A DNA stretch of 64,000 nt from assembly GCA_038882655.1 (NCBI GenBank), contig JAVZNT010000002.1, forward strand, positions 98,790 to 162,789. The letters run 5' to 3'. The translations under genes were made by a program, and so were the position numbers. This DNA comes from Candidatus Bathyarchaeia archaeon. Lineage in GTDB: Archaea; Thermoproteota; Bathyarchaeia; Bathyarchaeales; Bathycorpusculaceae. Each line of letters starts with the position of its first letter. Position 1 is the first letter of the stretch. Positions 39,298 to 48,082 of the stretch are shown here, piece after piece. The notes under the pieces are model-generated. The model did not search any database and was not told the origin of the DNA. It worked only from the letters and a program-made list of their open reading frames with translations.

Positions 39298-40395
39298 CTA
39301 CCTTCTCAAAAACATCTTCTTGCCTTTATAGAAGATTCGGATTCCACGAGTGCTTGTCACACGTCCTATGGTTTCGGCGCGCACTCCAGACTTTTCCAAG
39401 ACGTCAACCGCCCTATCCACATCTTGTTTGTCAATCACTATTGCGAAGCCCCAGCCCATATTGAACGTCTTAAACATCTCCTCATCGGTTATTTTGCCGC
39501 CAAGCTCGGAAGCAGCCCTCTGAATCACATCAAAAATTGGTTGAGGCTTAAAATTGTCAAACTCAAAACCTATACTCCGCGAAAAAAGCATCAAACGGTC
39601 AAACTTCAAGTAAGCATCACCAGTAATATGCACAGCAGCCTTAACCTTAACCTCATCCGCAACCCGCAGAGAAGGCTTAACATAAATCCGAGTGGGCTCC
39701 AAAACCTCATACACCAACTCCCTTTCAAGAGGCTCCGGAACATCAAACGGGTCGTATCTGCCACCCCAAAACTTAAACAAAACCTTCCGCGCCAAAGTCA
39801 CACCATTACTGTGGATTCCGGAACTTCGCAAACCAACAACAATATCACCAGCCTTCAAATCTCTACCATAAATAATCTTGTCAGCAGAAACTTCACCGAC
39901 AGTGGCAAAAACCATATCGAAACCCTTTCCCTCAGCAAAACCTCTAATCAACTCAGAAACGTCACCAATCTCGCCGCCGGGAACAACACACTCGGCTTCA
40001 ACGGCGCCCTTCACTATACCCTTCATCCACTCCCTAATCAAACCCGGGTCAGAAACTTGAGCATGAATATTATCCACAACAGCCAAAGGTCTAGCGCCAG
40101 AACGAATAACATCATTAACAGCCATAGCCACACCATCAACACCGATAGTATCGTACTTTTCAGCTAACTGAGCCACCAAAACCTTAGTGCCAACACCCTC
40201 AATCACAAAATCCAAATAAAAGCCATCATGAAAGGGAAAAATCATCCCATAAGGAAGTTGTACAACTTTCCCATAGCGGCTAAAACAATAAGTTCTTTGC
40301 AAAAAACGTAAAGCACCCTTCGCCCTAACCCTCAACCCCCTATTAACACCAGCACCAGCATAAGTAAATTCCCTAGGCAAACAACAACCCTCCAC
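39298..40395 (-). CDS. purM: AIR synthetase (phosphoribosylformylglycinamidine cyclo-ligase)
   Basis: YAGAGV, EGVGTK, AMAVND, SSGIHSNG, HITG, EMFKTFNMG; start may be a few codons downstream. Confidence 0.95.
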   Translation of the reverse strand: MEGCCLPREFTYAGAGVNRGLRVRAKGALRFLQRTYCFSRYGKVVQLPYGMIFPFHDGFYLDFVIEGVGTKVLVAQLAEKYDTIGVDGVAMAVNDVIRSGARPLAVVDNIHAQVSDPGLIREWMKGIVKGAVEAECVVPGGEIGDVSELIRGFAEGKGFDMVFATVGEVSADKIIYGRDLKAGDIVVGLRSSGIHSNGVTLARKVLFKFWGGRYDPFDVPEPLERELVYEVLEPTRIYVKPSLRVADEVKVKAAVHITGDAYLKFDRLMLFSRSIGFEFDNFKPQPIFDVIQRAASELGGKITDEEMFKTFNMGWGFAIVIDKQDVDRAVDVLEKSGVRAETIGRVTSTRGIRIFYKGKKMFLRR

Positions 40396-40455
40396 AACTA
40401 ACCAATCATAGGAAAAACGCCTTTTAAATATTCACCAACAAAAAAGACAAAAAAT

Positions 40456-40536
40456 AAGGGGGCAGGCGGATTCGAACTTCACGCCGAAAGGAGAAGGGAG
40501 AAAATCATAAGCCGAAACCCCGCCTGCCTCTCCCTT
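40456..40536. other. GC-rich stem-loop element
   Basis: GGCAGGCGG (40461-40469) pairs with CCGCCTGCC (40520-40528); T-rich tract follows on the minus strand. Confidence 0.55.
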
Positions 40537-40912
40537 TATCAACCGCCTTTTGATGAACACTCTTGCAAACGATTTCGGCTGGGATACGAGTTTCACCAGC
40601 ATCCAGAAGCATCTTCAAAATAACATGATATAACCTCAAAAACTCGAGACCTTTCTTGCTCGTCTTATACAAAAATCGCTTTTCGGAAACCTCAGTATTA
40701 ATGAAACCTAGCTTAACTAGATAAGTCAAGTATCTGCTAAGTTGAGCATAATTTGTACTTAGACGTTTTGCAATGGTAAAGCGGCTTGCCCCCCTACAAG
40801 CTGCCTCAAGTATTAGCGCAATAGTCTCAAAGGAGCTACGATATCTTTTGCCGAAAGTAGTTTCATTTCCAATTCTGCAAATCGGTGAATCTTTCTCTAA
40901 AATGATCCCCAT
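40505..40912 (-). CDS. Winged-helix transcriptional regulator (HTH_45-like)
   Basis: YRSSFETIALILEA...NYAQLSRYL...YKTSKKGLEFL. Confidence 0.8.
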   Translation of the reverse strand: MGIILEKDSPICRIGNETTFGKRYRSSFETIALILEAACRGASRFTIAKRLSTNYAQLSRYLTYLVKLGFINTEVSEKRFLYKTSKKGLEFLRLYHVILKMLLDAGETRIPAEIVCKSVHQKAVDKGRGRRGFGL

Positions 40913-41070
40913 TTTTAAGCAACCGTTACTGTATCTGTAATTTTAAAGAGAAAATGATTTTTTCCATAGAAAACATTGAACCAAAAGGCAAACAATGGAA
41001 AGCCGCTGTTGAAAACTAAAAGGCTATATATACTATCCTTTGCATTTATTTCAATTGAAACTGTTGAATA

Positions 41071-41694
41071 GTGGTAAAAATGTCACAGCGCAAATTAACA
41101 CCTATGGAAATACAGCTTTTACGTGAAGCTCTAAGCTCAGATTATAAAGCCGCTGGCATACGCTTGCGAGAGGGGGAATACCAATATGAACTATCAAAAG
41201 CAATAGCAGATTTCCAGCTGGAACTATGCTTCCCAAACGTTAAAGATCTCGTTAAAAAATTACACGGCGAAGATAAAGTAAATGATGTTCAATTTATTCG
41301 TAAAACCCAAACAATACTTAAAAAAATGGAAAAAAGCGGTGTAATAAAAATTCTACCGAAAAGCAAACCATGGGAACTGCAGCGATACGCCCTTCTAAGC
41401 CTTAAATTCATGGATAGCGACAAAAATCAAGTATCTTTAGCAACAGACGAACAAATACGAAAAACACAAGAAAATTTAAAATCAATTCTCATTCAGCACG
41501 GAGTACAAAAATTTCCAGCAAACCTAACAAAAATAAGAGTTTACGTGCTCGCATTCGCAATCACCATTTCATATGCAATTATCGTCTGGGATTTATTGCA
41601 ACCTACTATAAATCCAATCATTATTGTACCACTATTTTCGCTGGCGACTTTCTGCTCCATAATGCTTGGGAAAATGTTAGCGTCTGAAGATTAA
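41071..41694 (+). CDS. Hypothetical protein: wHTH-like N-terminus plus two C-terminal TM helices
   Basis: QTILKKMEKSGVI..KPWELQRY wing-like motif; hydrophobic C-terminus. Confidence 0.7.
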   Translation: MVKMSQRKLTPMEIQLLREALSSDYKAAGIRLREGEYQYELSKAIADFQLELCFPNVKDLVKKLHGEDKVNDVQFIRKTQTILKKMEKSGVIKILPKSKPWELQRYALLSLKFMDSDKNQVSLATDEQIRKTQENLKSILIQHGVQKFPANLTKIRVYVLAFAITISYAIIVWDLLQPTINPIIIVPLFSLATFCSIMLGKMLASED

Positions 41695-41739
41695 ATACTT
41701 AATAACTATTCTGATTGTTATTATGTGAGGAGATGAAAC

Positions 41740-43194
41740 TTGAAAAAAACTACCCTAGTTCTATTTTTAATCTTGTGCTTATACTCAGCTACAATTCTCA
41801 TGAACAATAAAACAATTGTAAACGCTACTTCATCAACATTAATAGTTGGTGATGACGGCTTCAGGAGTATACAAGAAGCCATTAACAACGCTAGCTCTGG
41901 AGACACAATCTTTGTACATAGAGGAACATACATTGAAAACATAACCATCAACAAAAGTATTATGTTAATAGGTGAAGACCGAGAAAGCACAATCATTGAC
42001 GGAAACTTCATGGGAAACGTGGTCACAGTAAAAGCTCCCAACGTGACAATTAGCGGTTTCACCATAAAGAATAGCGATCCATCGGGTTACGGAATAATCG
42101 TAGAGCGTTTCAGAAATATTGTAATACACAATAACAAGATAAGAGATAATTATGGCGGAATCCAGATAATGTTTTCAGGCGAAAATAAAATCTATGAAAA
42201 CATCATATCGGCAAACTATATAGGCATTCAACTTTTTTATTCAAGTAGCAACGCTATTTATCGAAACAACATCTCGAGCAACACCGTTGTCGGGATTGAC
42301 ATTTATTACTATTCCATCAATAATTTATTTTATGAAAACAGTATTTGTGGCAACTATTGGGGAGTCTATTTCTCTTTATACAGCCACAATAATGTGTTCT
42401 ATCATAACAACTTTGTGAATAACCTCTATCATGTGTATGCTAAAAATACAACTAACATTTGGTCCCTCAATGGAGAAGGAAATTATTGGGATAACTATAA
42501 AGGAGGGGACATAAATAAAGATGGCATAGGAGATGTCCCCTATAGCATCGACGAGAGAAACAAAGATTATTATCCCTTAATGGGAATGTTCTATATATTC
42601 GCCGCACCTTTTAAAGGAGATATTTATCACATTGCCATGATATCTAATTCAACAATTCTTAATTTTACCTTTAAAGTCGTAGCTGAATCGAGAACTAAAG
42701 TTATACTTTTTAATGCTACCACGGCTAGTGGCTGCGCAGGTTTTAGTAGAGTGGTTGTTCCTAAAGCTTTAATGGAAAGCATACATGCCGTGCTTGTTAA
42801 CGATGAAGAAGTTAACGCAATACTGCTTAATACCGCGAATGAAAAAAACATCATATATATTGAATACCCTGGCAACTGTTCAATCAAAATAGTTTATTCA
42901 GAACTGCTCGTATTGTATTATCAACTACTCGCCAATTATTCAGAGCTATACGATAAACTTCAAGGGGATTACGATGCGCTCCAAAATGAACTTAAAAATC
43001 TTAACCAAACGCTTGCTACATTAAATGAAATCGCTCAAAAATACCTAAACGCAAGCTTATACTATCAGAATCAAGCACAGAATTTCAAAGGCTTGACATA
43101 CATTTTCACCGCAACAACAGCCATCTTCCTTGCAATGACAATCTACCTATCAAAGGTAGCGCATAAGAAACAACGTTCAATCACTGAAAGCTAA
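41740..43194 (+). CDS. NosD/parallel beta-helix surface protein with coiled-coil stalk and TM anchor
   Basis: Signal peptide, SIQEAINNA..GDTI, Asn ladders, GNYWDNY, DGIGDVPY, DYYPLM, C-terminal TM. Confidence 0.85.
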   Translation: MKKTTLVLFLILCLYSATILMNNKTIVNATSSTLIVGDDGFRSIQEAINNASSGDTIFVHRGTYIENITINKSIMLIGEDRESTIIDGNFMGNVVTVKAPNVTISGFTIKNSDPSGYGIIVERFRNIVIHNNKIRDNYGGIQIMFSGENKIYENIISANYIGIQLFYSSSNAIYRNNISSNTVVGIDIYYYSINNLFYENSICGNYWGVYFSLYSHNNVFYHNNFVNNLYHVYAKNTTNIWSLNGEGNYWDNYKGGDINKDGIGDVPYSIDERNKDYYPLMGMFYIFAAPFKGDIYHIAMISNSTILNFTFKVVAESRTKVILFNATTASGCAGFSRVVVPKALMESIHAVLVNDEEVNAILLNTANEKNIIYIEYPGNCSIKIVYSELLVLYYQLLANYSELYDKLQGDYDALQNELKNLNQTLATLNEIAQKYLNASLYYQNQAQNFKGLTYIFTATTAIFLAMTIYLSKVAHKKQRSITES

Positions 43195-43321
43195 CCTATT
43201 TAACAATGCCGCTAATTATAGTCACAAGGTTTGTTGAAAACAGTTAGTTTCAGCAACCTTAGACCTTATGCACGCTCTGCAAAAGAAAAGATTAAAACTT
43301 CAAATCCGCATTTTCCTCACA

Positions 43322-43397
43322 GCGGCCGTAGTCTAGCCTGGTAGGACTTCGGCCTCCCGAGCCGGTGACCCGGGTTCAAATCCCGGCGGCCGCACCA
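43322..43397 (+). tRNA. tRNA-Gly(CCC)
   Basis: GCGGCCG/CGGCCGC acceptor stem, anticodon loop CT-CCC-GA, GGTTCAAATCCC T-arm, encoded CCA. Confidence 0.96.
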
Positions 43398-43427
43398 ATA
43401 TCTACTTCCCTTTTGAGCCAATGAGTC

Positions 43428-43543
43428 TATCCGACATTGCTTGTAGCTATTTTAGGAAACAAGCTCCTAGAAAACGCCAAAAATCCGACAAGTTTAAATA
43501 GATGTCCGAGTAAAATCTTCTCGTGACTAATAAATGTCGGATA
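43428..43543 (+). promoter_or_regulatory. Promoter of HTH-fae-hps with repeated ATCCGACA boxes
   Basis: TATA TTTAAATA 43493-43500; TATCCGACATT 43428-43438 and its exact inverse 43533-43543; ATCCGACA 43483-43490; near-inverse ATGTCCGA 43502-43509. Confidence 0.7.
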
Positions 43544-44982
43544 AAAAACCTGAGACACGCGAAGAGCTCGTCAGGATTTTGGCGGATGCCGCTAGAAAAG
43601 AGGTGGAGGCTCGTAGCCTTCTGTCGGGTAAGTCTGCGAAGCCGACAATTTCTGGTACAGCTAAGATTTTGGGGATTCATAGGGATACCCTTTATTCTTG
43701 GCTTAGAGAGTTTAATGTCGATTTCGATGAGGTTGTCGGTGGCATTTCAGCTGTTGAAGTGTCGGGTGTTCGGCTGCCTTCTAAAGGGTACACATATCTT
43801 ATTGGCGAGGCTCTCGTCGGAGAAGGGAATGAAGTTGCGCATATAGACCTCTTAATAGGCGACAAGGATGGACCTGTTGGTGAGGCTTTTGCGAATGGAT
43901 TGGCGCATCTTTCTATGGGGCATACGCCGCTTTTGGCGGTTATTAGACCTAATCTTCCGCCTAAACCGCACACTTTGCTTGTGCCTAAAGTGACTGTTAA
44001 AAATCTTGAGGATGCCAACAAAGTTTTTGGTCCAGCACAGGCTGCTGTGGCTAAGGCTATTGCTGATGCTGTTGAGGAGGGCATGATTCCAAAGGATAAA
44101 GTTGACGATTGGGTTGTTGTGTGCAGCGTTTTTGTCCATCCGAATGCAAGTGACCATAGGAAAATATACCATTATAATTATAGCGCGACAAAAATGGCTC
44201 TGAAGAGGGCTATGGCAAGGTACCCGTCACTGGAGAAGGTTCTCTATGATAAAGATAGGGCTAAGCATCCAATGTTAGGTTATAGGGTGCCCCGCCTATG
44301 GAGACCGCCGTACCTGCAGATTTCCCTTGATATACCTGACTTGGAGAGGACTAAGAAGATTATCATGCAGATTCCGAGAAGCGACAGGATAATTTTGGAG
44401 GCTGGAACGCCTCTTATCAAGCGTTATGGCACTAAGGCGATAAGTGAGCTTAGAGAAGTTGCCAAAGACATATTCTTTATGGCGGATTTGAAAACCCTCG
44501 ACGTTGGGAAGGTGGAGGTGGACATCGCTTATGAGGAGACAGCCGACGGCGTCATAGCTGCTGGTTTGGCGCCGACGGAAACTCTCGACGCTTTCATCTA
44601 TGAGGCAAAAAGGCTTGGGATTTATGCGGCTGTTGACATGCTTAATGTTGATGACCCGATTAAGAAGTTGAAAACTCTTAGAGACTTTCCAGATGTCGTT
44701 ATTATTCACAGGGGTATAGATGAGGAGACCGGCAGAACCATTGGATTGGAGCTTATCCAAGAGCTTAGGCAAGCGTTCAAAGATAAGAAGTTTCTGATCG
44801 CTGTGGCTGGCGGAATAATTCCGGAAACTGCAAAAGAGGCGTTGGAGAAGGGCGCCGACATAATTGTTGTTGGACGCTATGTGACGCAGTCAAAGGATAT
44901 TGAAAGGTCTGTCAGGGAGTTCCTAGAGCTAACACCGGAAATGCGCGAAGATATAGACGTCTACAGGGTTCACGTGGAGTAG
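43534..44982 (+). CDS. fae-hps: Bifunctional Fae/Hps with an extra N-terminal HTH domain
   Basis: Fae: GEALVGEGNEVAHIDL, GHTPLLAVIRPN, FGPAQAAVAKA. Hps: LEAGTPLIK, DLKTLD, HRGIDE, VAGGI. N-terminal ISGTAKILGIHRDTLYSWL HTH. Confidence 0.93.
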   Translation: MSDKKPETREELVRILADAARKEVEARSLLSGKSAKPTISGTAKILGIHRDTLYSWLREFNVDFDEVVGGISAVEVSGVRLPSKGYTYLIGEALVGEGNEVAHIDLLIGDKDGPVGEAFANGLAHLSMGHTPLLAVIRPNLPPKPHTLLVPKVTVKNLEDANKVFGPAQAAVAKAIADAVEEGMIPKDKVDDWVVVCSVFVHPNASDHRKIYHYNYSATKMALKRAMARYPSLEKVLYDKDRAKHPMLGYRVPRLWRPPYLQISLDIPDLERTKKIIMQIPRSDRIILEAGTPLIKRYGTKAISELREVAKDIFFMADLKTLDVGKVEVDIAYEETADGVIAAGLAPTETLDAFIYEAKRLGIYAAVDMLNVDDPIKKLKTLRDFPDVVIIHRGIDEETGRTIGLELIQELRQAFKDKKFLIAVAGGIIPETAKEALEKGADIIVVGRYVTQSKDIERSVREFLELTPEMREDIDVYRVHVE

Positions 44983-44993
44983 GTGCGCTCTCC

Positions 44994-46244
44994 TCAAGAG
45001 TAGACTTTAAACAATATGAAAGCTAGAAGAAAGATAGCTCCCACTAACAAGAATACATAGATGAAACCCCATGTTTGAGCAATAAACGGGCCAATGAAAG
45101 CGCCTGTTGCGCCACCTATGCTTACAAGCACATCAAATAAGCCTGCCTTTCCTGCTGATATGAGTTCCATTGATAGGGAGAGCACACAGGCATGGTATAT
45201 AGCATAAGCGAAACCCATTAAGGTCAAAATTAGGAAGGCTAGTGCCGTTGTGTAAACGGGAAAAGCAGCAACGACCGCTAAAAAGAAAGCAAGAAAACTT
45301 CTTACTAGGACAATTTTTTGTAGGCGTACTTTTTCTTCGCCTTGCTCCGGCCTAGCGCTTATTAAGAAATACCCGATGGCGTTTGCTGCTGAATTTGAAA
45401 CATATACGGTGAAGACCATACTAGCGGGGAACCGTAAATCTTGGGAGAAAAAGACAGGTAATGGTGTGAATAAGGTGCTTGTTGCCAGCGAGAAAAGCGT
45501 TAGCCCACCAAAAAAAGCATAGAGGTTCTCCATTTTAAGGTCGACACGAACACGAAAACCTTCTAAAATTTTTGAAGCTATGGTCACACCCTTATAGGTG
45601 AACTCAACGCTTTTTTCTATGCTGACCAAACCTCTTTCAAAAACTAGGATTGGATCTGTAATTAAGAACAAAGAAAAGAGGAAAGCAAGAAAGTTTAGGC
45701 CGCTGCAGATCAGCAACGTTGTTTTGGCGCTGAAACTTGCAAGGGAAGATACAAAAATTCCTAAGATTAGTCCAATCAGCCAGCCTACTTCTGTTAACCC
45801 CTCATAAAAGGCGTATGCTTTTCTCCACTCCTCCCTTGAGTAGAATTCGGCTATAAGCACGTTTTTAGGTGGCTCGTGGGCTGCATGGAAAACTGCCATA
45901 ACAACGTATAATGTTACGAGTATACCTATGTTTGTCGAGAGAGTGAAAAGGCATAGCAGAATAGATGATGTTAAAAAAGAAATTAGAATGTATCGTTTGT
46001 AATGCAGTGTTTTGTCACATATGTAACCCCAAAAGAAGAAGGCTGGAATAGCAGCAAACATGGCGACGGATGTCATTATTCCTATGTCAAGCAATGTCCC
46101 GCCAATGCGTATAATGTAAAGGGGGAGGAAAACAGAGAGAAGACCGAAAGTTATTTCATGGAACAGGAATCCTAAACGCCACATAGACGGAGAACCATAC
46201 AAGAGAACCATTAAAATTTTTGCCTTCGGCAGTCTCAAGCGCAT
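44994..46244 (-). CDS. MFS transporter
   Basis: About 12 hydrophobic segments; WGYICDK motif A-like. Confidence 0.88.
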   Translation of the reverse strand: MRLRLPKAKILMVLLYGSPSMWRLGFLFHEITFGLLSVFLPLYIIRIGGTLLDIGIMTSVAMFAAIPAFFFWGYICDKTLHYKRYILISFLTSSILLCLFTLSTNIGILVTLYVVMAVFHAAHEPPKNVLIAEFYSREEWRKAYAFYEGLTEVGWLIGLILGIFVSSLASFSAKTTLLICSGLNFLAFLFSLFLITDPILVFERGLVSIEKSVEFTYKGVTIASKILEGFRVRVDLKMENLYAFFGGLTLFSLATSTLFTPLPVFFSQDLRFPASMVFTVYVSNSAANAIGYFLISARPEQGEEKVRLQKIVLVRSFLAFFLAVVAAFPVYTTALAFLILTLMGFAYAIYHACVLSLSMELISAGKAGLFDVLVSIGGATGAFIGPFIAQTWGFIYVFLLVGAIFLLAFILFKVYS

Positions 46245-46321
46245 ATGACAGAAAAAGGTTCACACATAATCCTTAATAATTAGAGATTTAACTTCATAAT
46301 CTCCACTGGAGAGACAAGCCA

Positions 46322-46747
46322 ATGGCAAAATTCAAGGTTATAGTCTCAGACCCTGAAGATGGGACTTCGAAGATGGTAGAGTTGGAAGATGCGCGAGCTG
46401 TTCCGTTGATTGGAAAGAAGGTAGGCGATGTTATAGATGGTTCGGTTCTCGGCTTGCCTGGTTTTAAGGTGCAGATTACTGGTGGTTCGGATAAGGATGG
46501 TTTTCCGATGAGGCCTAACGTTCATGGGGGAGTGCGAAGATATGTCGTGTTAAGTGGTGGAGTTGGCTTTAACCCTCAGAATGAGGGGGAGCGAAGAAGA
46601 AAAAGGGTTCGTGGAAATGTCATCACCGATGAAATTGTTCAAGTGAACATGAAGGTGGTTGAAAAACCTAAGGGTAAGAAGACCGGGGAGGCGAAGGAAA
46701 AGCCTCAACTAACCAAAGAAAAGCAGAAAGCAGAGGAGAAAGTCTAA
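46322..46747 (+). CDS. rps6e: 30S ribosomal protein S6e
   Basis: ITGGSDKDGFPM, GERRRKRVRG. Confidence 0.97.
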   Translation: MAKFKVIVSDPEDGTSKMVELEDARAVPLIGKKVGDVIDGSVLGLPGFKVQITGGSDKDGFPMRPNVHGGVRRYVVLSGGVGFNPQNEGERRRKRVRGNVITDEIVQVNMKVVEKPKGKKTGEAKEKPQLTKEKQKAEEKV

Positions 46748-46804
46748 AACGCAAATTGCGTGCTTAATGTTTATTAGCTTGTAAGGCAACATCCTTCAAT
46801 AATT

Positions 46805-48082
46805 GTGGTTGCGAAAGGAAAAACAGAGAAAATGAGCGAAGAAAAGACTGTTGTCTTGCCGCGGCAGCCGGAAATAAACATTGGCACGATAGGGCATGTT
46901 GACCATGGCAAAACAACTTTAGTGCAAGCCTTAACAGGCATTTGGGCTGCCAGACACAGCGAGGAGCTAAAGCGGGGCATAACAATAAAGTTGGGCTACG
47001 CGGACATGCCTGTCTACAAGTGCCCAAAATGCGAACCGCCGAAAAACTATTCAAAAGAAACAGTCTGCCCCCACTGCGGTTCTGAAACAATATTCATTAG
47101 AGCGGTAAGCTTTGTCGACGCCCCCGGACATGAGGCTTTGATGGCTACTATGCTTTCTGGAGCCGCAATAATGGATGGAGCAATACTTGTTATTGCAGCA
47201 GATGAGCTTTGTCCACAGCCGCAAACCAGAGAACACTTGGCTGCGGCTGAGATTATTGGGATTAAAAACATTATAATAGTGCAAAACAAAATTGACATTG
47301 TAACTGAGGAGAGAGCCCGAAAAAGCTTTGAGGAGATTAAAAATTTTGTTATGGGAACAGTAGCGGAAAACGCCCCGATAATTCCGGTTTCAGCCCAGCG
47401 AAACGTGAACATAGACGCCTTAATCCAAGCTATGGAGGAGTTCATCCCAACTCCTAAAAGGGATGAGGCAGAACAGCCGTTAATGTATGTTGTTCGCTCC
47501 TTCGATGTGAACAAGCCTGGCACTCCAATAGAGAGGCTTAGGGGCGGGGTTATAGGCGGAACGGTTTTGCAGGGAAAGTTTGCCGTTGAAGATGAGATAG
47601 AACTTCGCCCGGGAATAAGCGTTGAAGAGGAGGGTAAAACGGTCTATAAGCCCCTTTTCAGTGAAATCATCAGCTTGCATGCTGGTGGAAGAAACGTTAA
47701 GGAAGCCCGCTGCGGCGGTTTGGTCGGCGTCGGCACTCTTCTAGACCCTTCGCTTTCTAAGGCTGACGGTTTGACTGGAAACATTGTTGGGAAGGCTGGA
47801 ATGCTTCCGCAAGTTCTTACGGAGCTTAATTTGGAAACGTTTATTCTTGAGCGGGCTGTTGGAACCAAAGAGCTTGCGAAAGTGGAAAGCATAAGCAAGG
47901 ATGAAACATTACTGCTTCATGTGGGCGCCGCGATAACTGTTGGAAAAGTTGTGGCGGTAAAGGGTGAAATGGCCACACTTAAGCTTACAAGACCTGTGTG
48001 CGCGCTTACTGGTTCGAGGGTTGCCATAAGTAGGAAGATTGCTGGAAGATGGCGATTAATAGGATACGGAATGATAAAGTGA
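46805..48082 (+). CDS. eif2g: Translation initiation factor 2 gamma subunit
   Basis: QPEINIGTIGHVDHGKTT, RGITIKLGY, DAPGHE, QNKID, RSFDVNKPG, RWRLIGYG. Confidence 0.97.
   Translation: MVAKGKTEKMSEEKTVVLPRQPEINIGTIGHVDHGKTTLVQALTGIWAARHSEELKRGITIKLGYADMPVYKCPKCEPPKNYSKETVCPHCGSETIFIRAVSFVDAPGHEALMATMLSGAAIMDGAILVIAADELCPQPQTREHLAAAEIIGIKNIIIVQNKIDIVTEERARKSFEEIKNFVMGTVAENAPIIPVSAQRNVNIDALIQAMEEFIPTPKRDEAEQPLMYVVRSFDVNKPGTPIERLRGGVIGGTVLQGKFAVEDEIELRPGISVEEEGKTVYKPLFSEIISLHAGGRNVKEARCGGLVGVGTLLDPSLSKADGLTGNIVGKAGMLPQVLTELNLETFILERAVGTKELAKVESISKDETLLLHVGAAITVGKVVAVKGEMATLKLTRPVCALTGSRVAISRKIAGRWRLIGYGMIK

Noticed and set aside
39424-40167. 247-aa plus-strand ORF
   Set aside because: Antisense shadow of purM; composition reflects the G/T-rich purM codons and shows no domain motifs
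40458-40490. Possible tRNA or att-site fragment (GTTCGAATCC on the minus strand)
   Set aside because: No cloverleaf, no match to the 3' ends of tRNA-Gly or tRNA-iMet in this window, and no integrase; kept only as a structured element
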